Shown here: piece after piece, positions 51,990 to 62,300 of the stretch
Layout of the letters: every line of letters starts with the position of its first letter
Numbering within the stretch: the stretch's first letter is position 1
DNA from: Ophelia neglecta
Taxonomy: Eukaryota
DNA length: 64,000 nucleotides
Assembly (NCBI GenBank): GCA_965285935.1
Contig: OZ260667.1
Location: forward strand, 11,470,001 to 11,534,000
Reading direction: 5' to 3'
Translations under genes and position numbers: made by a program
Notes under the pieces: generated by a model
Databases searched by the model: none
The model's input: the letters and a program-made list of their open reading frames with translations, nothing else
What the model was told of the DNA's origin: nothing

Positions 51990-52335
51990 AACCCTCTCCC
52001 CGTCTTCTGCCCCTGGAATAGATACTCCCTGTACTCCCCCCCCCTTCCTGGCTCCCTGTTTTCTGCCCCTGGTACAGATTCTCCCCGTACTCCCCCCCCC
52101 CCCCCTTCCTAGCGCCCTGTTTTCTGCCCCTGGTATAGATTCTCCCCGTACTCCTTCTCTACGCGGCGCCCCGTCTTCTGCCCCTGGTATAGATTCTCCC
52201 CGTACTCCTTCTCTTCGCGGCGCCCCGTCTTCTGCCCCTGGTATAGATTCTCCCCGTACCCCCCCCCCTTTCCTGGCTCCCTGATTCTCCCCGTACTCGT
52301 TCTCTTCGCGGCGCCCCGTCTTCTGCCATACTGGA
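51990..52335. repeat. ~54-60-bp tandem repeat, ~6 copies
   Basis: CCCCGTCTTCTGCCCCTGGTATAGATTCTCCCCGTACTCC. Confidence 0.9.
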
Positions 52336-52980
52336 ATGACGGACGAGCACAGTTCATACATCCCGCCATAATAAAAACCATTTGATTCATTAGAGGCGCG
52401 GGGAGGAGCGGGAGGCGGCGGCCTAATAGAGAGAGCCGTTCTCGTAATGAAGACGTATGGCTGCCGAACCTGACAGCTATATGGCTGGGGAGAAAGTTAG
52501 GGGCGAGAGTGGCGACTCCTGAAAAAAACAGGAGGGGGACACCAAGGGAAAGGGATGGGAGCTGGGGAGAAAGTTAGATGCGGGAGGGGCGAGTCCTGAA
52601 AAACAGGGGAGGGGCGAATTGATAGATGAGATCGAGGAAGGGAGGCTGACATCGAAGGGAAGCGGGCGGGGAAGGGGGGGGGGGGGGGGAGTTAGCGAGA
52701 GAGCCCTAGGGCTTGCGGCAAGTCTTAGGCTGGAGATTCCTGACGAAACAATAGGCCTATAGGGAGGGTGTTTGAGGGGTTTAGGGGCGAGAGGGGGCGG
52801 GGAAACTGTCATCCAGTGGGAGGAGGTTCATGGAATAGGAAATTGGTTTTATGGCTCGGGAGGTAGTAAGAAGAACCGGGCGGGAATTGGGGCTCAGAGG
52901 GTCGGAGAGGGGACGAAGAGGGAGGAGAATGAAAGGTTAACGGTGAGTAGAAAACTTGGGAAAAAGTTGTGTATTTGCAC

Positions 52981-53395
52981 CTGTACGTATGTACCCCTGG
53001 TATGTACCCCAGGAGATCTGTAGGTATGTACCCCGGGTACGTACCCCCGCCAGCCCTGTAGGTATGTACCCCGGGTACGTACCCCCGCCAGCCCTGTAGG
53101 TATGTACCCGGGGTATGTACCCCCAGCGCCCTGTAGGTATGTACCCCGGGTAGGTACCCCAGGAGGCCTGTAGGTATGTACCCCGGGTATGTACCCCCGG
53201 CGTCCTGTACGTATGTACCCCGGGTAGGTGCCCCAGGGGCCCTCTAGGTATGTACCCAGGGTATGTACCCCATGGCCCTGTAGGTATGTACCCCGGGTAT
53301 GATCCCGGAGCCCTGTAAGTATGTACCCCTGGTACTTACCCCCGCCAGCCCTGTAGGTATGTACCCCGGGTATATACCCAGGAGGCCGGTACGTG
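52981..53395. repeat. ~37-bp minisatellite, ~11 copies, with a quasi-palindromic core
   Basis: CTGTAGGTATGTACCCCGGGTA(C/T)GTACCCC-variable. Confidence 0.93.
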
Positions 53396-53615
53396 AGTAG
53401 CCCCGGGCGTCTAGTGGGGCAGTATTGGTTTAGTATCAGCCCGCCTGGTTGTCTCGGGATGGATGGACTAGGAGCCCATGAGTGACGGGTGTGCAGTGCC
53501 GGGGTGAGGCGAGCCACGCTCGCCAGCAGCACTTCAAATCTCCCCGGGACAGCGGATAAATCTCCCGTAAAGGGACTTCTTATCTCATCCTGGTCGACCT
53601 CAGCCCGCCTTGGAT

Positions 53616-54578
53616 AGCGAATGCCGACTAGATGATCTGACTTTACCCTTCAGGTCTAGCGAATGCCGACTAGATGATCTGACTTTACCCTTCAGGTCTA
53701 GCGAATGCCGACTAGATGACCCCACTTTACCCTACAGGCCTAGCGAATGCCGACTAGGTTACCACCACTTTACCCTACATGCCTAGGGAATGCCGACTAG
53801 GTCACCCCACTTTACCCTACAGGCCTAGCGAATGCCGACTAGGTTGCCCCACATCACCCTTCAGGTCTAGCGAATGCCGACTAGATGATCTGACTTTACC
53901 CTTCAGGTCTAGCGAATGCCGACTAGGTCACCCCACTTTACCCTACCAGCCTAGCGAATGCCGACTAGATGACCCCACTTTACCCTACATGCCTAGCGAA
54001 TGCCGACTAGGTCACCCCACTTTACCCTACAGGCCTAGCGAATGCCGACTAGGTTACCCCACATCACCCTTCAGGCCTAGCGAATGCCGACTAGGTGACC
54101 CCACGTTACCCTACAGGCCTAGCGAATGCCGACTAGGTCACCCCACTTTACCGTACAGGCCTAGCGAATGCCGACTAGGTGACCCCACTTTAGCCTACAG
54201 GCCTAGCGAATGCCGACTAGGTGACCCCACTTTACCTTACAGGCCTAGGGAATGCCGACTAGGTGACCCCACTTTAGCCTACAGGCCTAGCGAACGCCGA
54301 CTAGGTGACCCCACTTTACCTTACAGGCCTAGGGAATGCCGACTAGGTCACCCCACTTTACACTACAGGCCTAGCGAATGCCGACTAGGTGACCCCACTT
54401 TACCCTACAGGCCTAGCGAATGCCGACTAGGTGACCCCACTTTAGCCTACAGGCCTAGCGATTGCCGACTAGGTTACCCCACGTTACCCTACAGCCCTAG
54501 CGAATGCCGACTAGGTGACCCCACTTTACCCTACAGGCCTAGCGAATGCCGACTACATGACCCCACTTTACCCTACAG
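53616..54578. repeat. 42-bp minisatellite, ~23 copies
   Basis: CTAGCGAATGCCGACTAGGTGACCCCACTTTACCCTACAGGC. Confidence 0.97.
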
Positions 54579-55382
54579 ACTTACATCGAAGGTACAGCCA
54601 GGGTAGAATGACGGAATGGAAAGCGCCATGTACAAATTTTATAAAAATATTTTGAATTGTATTGCACAAGGATCTTAAAATGCACCCTTAAAATAGGCCT
54701 ATAGAGGCTTAACGGGTAATGTCTGGATCATTCATTGACATCCAAATACTCATCAATATATAAGCTGGAAAAGACACATAGATTAGGGGCGGACATACCG
54801 AGCCTCTGTTGGGCTGAAACCCGCTCAGCAGGCAATGAGCTGTAAAGTGAACTCCGGAGTAGATCTTTGTTTCCACTAGTGTGGGTCGCCTAGGGTGTAT
54901 CTGGGCCTAAAGGCCTACTGGTCTTAATTGAAAGACGGTTAAATAAAAGGATATCTAAAATGTCAATTAGTATTTTCCGAGTATCCAATTCGTCTACGAG
55001 TTATTATTTCCTGTGTAGGAGTATAATGGCTTATAGTCAGTGTACCTCCTAGGTTATGTGTGGTCAATCTCATTGTGATGTTATTGTACCCTTATCAGGG
55101 GTTTGTTATTCTGAAAATTGAAGCATATTATTTTTATTTTTTGCCATGTACTCCCTATATTAAATGGATGAACTCATAAATGTAAATAACATACCTCTTG
55201 AGCTAAAATCTGTACATCGAATAACAGCTAATAAAATAAATGTATCATATGTTTCAAACGATATTATTGTGAATACATATAGGTCTGTTATCAATTCCTT
55301 TTTATGTCGTTATGGTTGGAGACCAAGGAGTCTTAGTTCCATGACATTACATCTTAGTTATGGTGTTTGGGACCCTGGTAAT

Positions 55383-56097
55383 AGCCCTGATGATAAGAGC
55401 CCGGATGATGGGAGCCCGGACGACAAGAGCCAGGATGACAAGAGCCCGGATGACAAGAGCCCGGAGGACAAGAGCCCGGATGACAAGAGCCCGGATGACA
55501 AGTGCTCGGATGACAACATCCCGGATGACAACATCCCGGATGACAAGAGCCCGGATGACAAGAGCCAGGATTATAAGAGCCCGGATGACAAGTGCCCCGA
55601 TGACAAGTGCCCGGATGACAAGTGCCCGGATGACAAGAGCCCGGATGACAAGAGCCCGGATGACAAGAGCCCGGATGACAAGAGCCCGGATGACAAGAGC
55701 CCGGATGACAAGAGCCCAGGTGATAAGGGCCCGGATGACAAGAGCCCGGATGACAAGAGCCCGGATGATAAGAGCCCGGATGACAAGAGCCCAGGTGATA
55801 AGGGCCCGGATGACAAGAGCCCGGATGACAAGAGCCCGGATGACAAGAGCCCAGGTGATAAGGGCCCGGATGACAAGAGCCCAGGTGATAAGAGCCCGGA
55901 TGACAAGAGCCCGGATGACAAGAGCCCGGATGACAAGAGCCCGGATGAAAAGAGCCCGGGTGATAAGAGCCCGGATGACAAGAGCCCGGATGACAAGAGC
56001 CCGGGTGACAAGAGCCCGGGTGATAAGAGCCCGGATGACAAGGGCCCGGATGACAAGAGCCCGGATGGCAAGAGCCCGGATGACAAGCGCCCGGATG
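55383..56097. repeat. 15-bp minisatellite, ~47 copies, no indels
   Basis: AGCCCGGATGACAAG. Confidence 0.98.
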
Positions 56098-56592
56098 CAT
56101 GTTTGAGTTTTGTATGTTTGTTACACGGTGTTACCTGGTTACTGTCGGTGAACTCTTGGCTGGTCGATAGAGGTGTCGTAAAGCTGTCTGCTGTCATTTT
56201 GTGACGCCGGTTTACGGCAGTTGTCAATACGTCAAGGTGAAATCTGAGGAAGTATCGAGTTTCACGGCTAATTCTTGTCTTCTTTTTGTAAAGTTGTCTA
56301 CACCTTTTAAGCTTGTAAGAGCTATCAGCCACGCACGAAGTCTATAAAACCGTATTGGCTGGAACCTGAACAAAGCTGAGAGGATGCAGGGGACCATAAA
56401 GCATGCCGCCGCATTACCCACGTAAAGAACCCTGTGAAAGGCCGTGAATTGACAGCCACTCGGCCTGCTAGACTCGGCCCGCTAGCACCATTATCGGAGA
56501 TCTGTTTGATAGGGGTGATATGGGTAGCGGGAGGGCCTGATGGCCAGACAGCACGTACGGCGGTTATTTTACCGACAGAATGGACCCTCGGC

Positions 56593-56740
56593 GGCGCCAA
56601 TAGACACTCCGCAACCACCTCTGGAGGGGGGTTTGTATTGGGGAGGGCCGGGGGGGGGGGGGGGGCGGGGCGCCAATAGACACTCCGCAGCCACCACGAG
56701 AGGGGCCTTGTAGGGCGGAGGGCCGGGGGGGGGGGGTGCC
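56593..56740. repeat. ~76-bp tandem duplication ending in poly-G
   Basis: GGCGCCAATAGACACTCCGCA.CCACC...GGAGGGCC(G)n twice. Confidence 0.8.
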
Positions 56741-58493
56741 ACCTCCTTGCATAATCGCATATAAAACAAGGGGAGAAAATGGGGGCAGAGGCTGTCCGGG
56801 AACCAGGAACCAGATAGGAGGGGGTAGGGTGGCAGGAAAAGGGAAAAGGGTGATATTTCTATATCTAGTGGGAGGAGAAGGCACGGGTGAAGGGAGGGGG
56901 GGGGAGCCTAAAGAACTGTGTCTTGCATCTCAGTACAGTAGAGGAGCAATTCGAATTTCCCCTATCACGGTGATATGCACCTCCCCCCCCCCCCCCCCCG
57001 CTCCCCCATCTAGCTACAGACACTTTCTGCTGACAATATCTTAGCGAACGGCTAGGAAAGGTGCAGCAAATTAGATTTGTGCATTTTTCTCTATAGCACC
57101 AAATGTGATTTAGGCAATATGTCTTTCCATGACTGGGATAATCACCCCATGAAGATAATGACTTTCCTTTCTATTTCTATATTATTTTGCCTGCTTTCAT
57201 CATGTTCGACCCCCGGCAGGGGTAGGATCCCCATGCCTTTATGAGTGCGCGCATGCAACGCTCTGTTTTACAGTTTTGGAGGGTAGGTTATTTTCTGTTT
57301 TGCCCTCCCCCGTCCCCTTTCCCATGCCTGATCATCCCCCCCCCCCACCCCTCCCCCCGCGTTGGTCACCCGAACGGTACCGCGCTTGACCCGGGAATCG
57401 CTTGATTGCGCCGACTGTCAGCTACACTTCCGACAATATTTTTCATTTTAGGGAAATTAATTTTGTCCATTTTGTGCGTGTGACCACAAGACTTGATGAA
57501 GCATGCCCTATCCGCCATTTTGTGCGTCTAGGGCCGCTGATGTCACAGATAAACCCTTGGGCAGGCCAAAAGAAAGATTATGATGGTCTGTCGATGTGAC
57601 AGGGGCACAGACAGCGCGGTCCATACACGCCACCGCTTAATTCTCATCACAAGTTACTGCATGTCCAAGGAACATCAGTTACTGACTGCATGCTATAAAG
57701 AGCACACATTCGATCACAAGTTTTAATAAAGAAAAAAATTCAAAAGAATTCAGTAGACATCATAATATTTCACAAGCGGCAAACTAAAATAATCCCTATC
57801 TACCTTAGAGAGTATATTACGCCCCAAGGTCTCTCTGTATGGGCTTTTGATTAAAAACGACGGCCCATGCAGAGGCTTGGGGGGTACACCCCGTGATTAG
57901 GACACAACACTATAGGCCTATATAACCGGTATAACCCTGTCCCAAATCATTTTAATACAACTGGCCCTTACCGCAGCCCTAGCCCTAGCCTTATTGACGA
58001 TGTTTGTTTGGTGCCATTCAGAAACCCCGCGACCTGCGTGGGTATATCTGGTTATTCCTTCGAGATATTTCACCCGCCGGCAGCCGCCCGTGTTGCCGGG
58101 GGTTTGCGGGCGATCCGGGCAGCCAGTAAGTAGCCAGCACTGCTCCCAGCGCCACCTGTCAATCATAGATTGTTTGTGAACTCAGCAATCATTTCATTGA
58201 CTTGTGTTATGCTTGTCGCGGTTACTCGGCCAGAAACCCAACCAGTGTGTTTTTCTTACCAGCCGAGACGTGATAAGGGCGAGATTTGACGAGATTTGGA
58301 CGTGATTGTGTGACATTGAGCCACGCGAGTGCTGTAAGATCGGAAGCAGGAAGCCTGGCAGCGCCACCGTGCCGGGGACGGGACGCCAAGCAATCAAGCC
58401 AGCCGTCAACGCGCAGCCGCAAAAGGGCTCACTTCCGGTGTAATATCCGGCGGCATGATATATTCCAAACCCGGTAATACAAGGTTAGTGTCG

Positions 58494-58657
58494 GGGTCAG
58501 AATGAAGCTAGATCGGGGTCATAGGTCAGAGCAAGGGTCGTGGGTTTAATATGACCAATCTAACATCGATTGTCCTCTCAATGAACTATATTCATTAGCA
58601 ACATGTCTGCTCAGAGGTCATGTGTGCCTCTGAAGGTCAAGGAAGGTCACATGGTCA
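58494..58657 (+). promoter_or_regulatory. Candidate nuclear-receptor response element cluster (DR1, DR4, imperfect DR2)
   Basis: RGGTCA at 58494, 58516, 58523, 58615, 58634 and 58644; DR1 GGGTCA-T-AGGTCA; DR4 AGGTCA-AGGA-AGGTCA. Confidence 0.5.
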
Positions 58658-59088
58658 ATGAAGGCTGGCGTCACAGAAACTGGTGTTTGATGGGGCGCGA
58701 GGAGTGAGTTGTGGGCAGCTGACCAGCAGACCTGTCTTCTCAGATACGGACTGGAGTGGAAATAGAGAGGAAGTGAACATGACTGGCAGGTCGGACGGGG
58801 GTCGGATACAGTCCGGAGTGCAGGAAACGAACACGCCGGTTACTCCGGTTACCACATCTAGGCAGATAGGGCCCCGCAAAAAAAAACAGTTGACCAAATT
58901 TCACTCAAAATGAATACAGGTTACATATCGATGTGAAGCTTTCCAGACCTAAATTTTGATTCCTTGTGATGTGAGATTTGGACAAACTAAATCAAACAGT
59001 TTGTATTTCATTATGTGGAATCTATGATAATTATTGGAACGAAATCTCTCCCCCTCTTCAAAACTAATCATCAACCCCCACCATACTC

Positions 59089-59381
59089 CCCGGGGTTGGA
59101 GGGAGTACTCATAATGCAATGCAATGTGGGTTCGCTTCGCCATATAGAACCCCAATTTGAAGAATATCCGCATTTAAGAGCCTTGTTTTCGAGCAAACCA
59201 CTCTTTAAGACGCCGTTTTACAAGACCACACCGTTTGACCCCATATTTTCAGCTCTTTTTGGGTCAGTTTTTGCCTAGAGGTTCAGCCCTTTGGGGGTTC
59301 AATATCTGGCCCTTGCCTGAAGCATACCCGGAATTGTCCACAGGGGTAGTACCCCCTCCTCCCCCCCCCCCCCCCCCCGGG
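59089..59381. mobile_element. Non-autonomous DNA element with CCCGGGG..GTACT / AGTACCCC..CCCGGG termini
   Basis: Left end CCCGGGGTTGGAGGGAGTACT, right end AGTACCCCCTCCT(C)nGGG; same terminal design as 41151-41521; no clear TSD. Confidence 0.6.
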
Positions 59382-62300
59382 CAGTTCAACTCCTGCCGTA
59401 TAGCTGCGAGTTGACGATTCAGGCTGCGAGTTCTGACAGGAAGTCTCTCTATAAGAGACAAGGGTCCACGCCATCTGGTGTTCCGGTAATGTACTCGGAT
59501 AGACAACAAGTCAAATAGGACCACATGCAGGAAAACGGGGTTGACAGTCTGCGATTGACGGGGGCCGGGAGAGTTCCGCTCCCGGGGTCCTATCGCTGAC
59601 CTATGACCTGTCAGGTAGCGTTGTATTTATCCTCAGGAGATATCCGAGTCAGTTTCTGGGAGTATTTTGCCCAGATTTCAGCTGGCTGGAGTAAGACACG
59701 TGACAAGGATTGATCAGGGATGATACAGCTAACTTCCGGCCGTCATAAACCAGGTGGTACGCGCGCCACCCGAAACCGACGTCTTCCGGCCGGGGTCGCG
59801 ACCGGCTGCCGGCCGAGCTGGGGGAATAATAGCAAGGGGCTTCAGTATACTGCCCGTCTGTGAGGGGGGGGGGGGGGGGGTTGGTGGAGGTAGGGGTGAG
59901 GGATGGGAGCATCAAGACGAGCAAAGGAAACAACAGGAAAGGACTACAGTATACTGTCAGTCCGTGCGAGGGGGTGGGGTACGGTAGGGGTGAGGGGCTT
60001 CAAGGGGAGCAAAGGAAACAGGTACTAACCTGTCGGTGTTCATTTTTTAACAATTACGCCCCCACCCCCCACCCCCACCCCACCCCACCGCCCCAGCCCC
60101 CCCCCCTCCAGCATTAAAGGTTGCTGAAGGACACCCCTTTTCAGACGGCGGTGTAAGCCTTCAGACCACACTCAGAAGACATCTACACCTCGATGGCGGA
60201 CCCTCACAGTCCCATGTACTAAAACTGTGTCGCCGCCCTTAAACTTGCGTTGCGTTTGCTATTGAAGAGATTTCAAACATTGGGGCACTCCACGTAAATT
60301 CTTACATATATCATGAAGAGACACATAGGCCTATATTCATAAAGAAATACCGTCTGTCGCCCTACATTTATTTTACAATGAGACATGCACCCCCCCCCCC
60401 CCCCTCTTCCCCACTGCCTCCCCCGTCTGTATCCAGACGCCCGACAGGCCAGGCGGCAGGCCATGCAAATTTGATGTGGCAAGTGTGTAGAAATGGCAGG
60501 TCCGGCCTCACTGTGTGTCAAGTTCCCGATTCCAGGGGATCCTTAGAACCCCGCAGACAGGAAGCACTGATAGACAGATAGATATTATAGTCGGTTATTT
60601 TGTTAACTAGCGCGCAGACCATATTCTAGACCACCTATATGAGAGGGGTATGTTTCTGGTACCTTTTAAAGATGTAGTTGCAGATTATATTTTGGCCTAA
60701 GGTACAATCACTATGTCTGGGTGCAGCAAGACTAGTCTTGTTTCAATGTATTACAAAATGTACCACTGTTTAATGACATCACACACACACACTCTAATGT
60801 GTGTAAATCGTGTCACATCTTATAACGTAAGGTGCAGATATGACGGTAAGTAAAAAAAAAATTGACTACTAAAATTATGAAAATAACTGAGAACATATAA
60901 ATAAAATTGCCGATGTCAGCATTATTAACAAAAGATCATTACAAATTAACTTATAAATCTCCTGTGTCATTATTTAATAGTCATATAATTTATTTTAGGT
61001 TCTAATCATGGATTGAACTTGAGATTGAAAGATACTGAACAATTAAAATCTACATTAAAAGAACTGTGTAACTGCTTGAATGAATTATTGTGACCGCTGA
61101 AGAATTATACGCTGTTTATGTCTTATTGAATTCATTATATCTAAACAAAATTTAAACTACTGGGTGTAGCCATTTAGCCCAAACAACAACAGCAACAACA
61201 CTATAGTGTAACGTAAGTTCTGGCTACAATTATATGATTATAATGGACAAGAAAGAAGAGGATAATTTGATTTTAATGAATAAAGTTGAATGATTGACAA
61301 TGGGGCAGAGGAGTTAAAGCTTATTAACCCAGATACAAAATATTATACTATTCATTTAAGCAGAGTTGGTGATGACTGATTATGGTGACTATATTTTGAA
61401 AACAAAAAAATATATCACGGGCATTGTGCTTGAATTGTGTCACAATGTTTATTTGCCAATTAGGATATATAATTTAAATAGATAACTGTACTCTTCTCAT
61501 AATATAGTGATATGTCACTAGAGTTTCCCCGTAACATAAAGATATCTGAGTGATGTGAGTCTTAAGTCTTTACAAGGATTGACCTCCCTCGAGACTATCT
61601 GGGGCGACTTACGGGAAGAAAAGTGTGCTGCTCCCAGCCAACTATCACAACCCCCCCTCCCGAGCCAGCCCCCCCCCCCCCTCCCCATTAACCCGCCAGT
61701 GTAGCGAGGGGGTATGGTTGTAGAGGCTGTCGGGACCTATTGTTTTATTCCCAGGCCTTGCACACAGCTGACGTTAAAGTTTACCGCTTGTTACACCAGA
61801 CATAAACCAAATGACTGGCGTCTATAACTATAGGAAACAGCTAAGAGCCATAAAATTGAGATCGTTAGCGCTCATATTTACAGGCTATTGTGACTATAAA
61901 TCACCCCCTGGACATGGTGGGAGCAGCCCCACGTCTTAAGGCTGGACCGGGTCAACCAGTCTATGGTCGAGGATGACGGGTAGCCTCGGAAACTAGCTCG
62001 CGCCGTGGCATCATCTGTCATGTGATGATCTGCTCTGACAGTAAACGCTGATGACGTAACATCACGACCCACAGTGCCTAGCGCGCCGGAAATGAGACTT
62101 GAAGACGTTTTAACCCTAGAGCGGATGCTGTCGACCGGCATACAAGCCGAGTGAGTGACTGGGCAATCAGATTAATACGCCCAGGCAAGGCGCTTGTAGG
62201 ATTTCTTGTGACAACAAGAATGGTTCCCTGTATAGAACGAAGCCATCGCGCGTTTAGTGCTCTTGCAATATTGTTGACTTAACTGTAACAACGCAGAAGC

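Noticed and set aside
16705-54578. CRISPR-like look of 35-45-bp arrays with palindromic units
   Set aside because: No unique 25-45-bp spacers, no leader, no cas genes, eukaryotic context
53779-54606. 275-aa ORF of 14-aa repeats
   Set aside because: Confined to the 42-bp array, which has a 1-bp indel just upstream; no unique coding flanks
57472-57484. 13-nt match to miR-210 (TTGTGCGTGTGAC)
   Set aside because: The match ends there and there is no complementary arm
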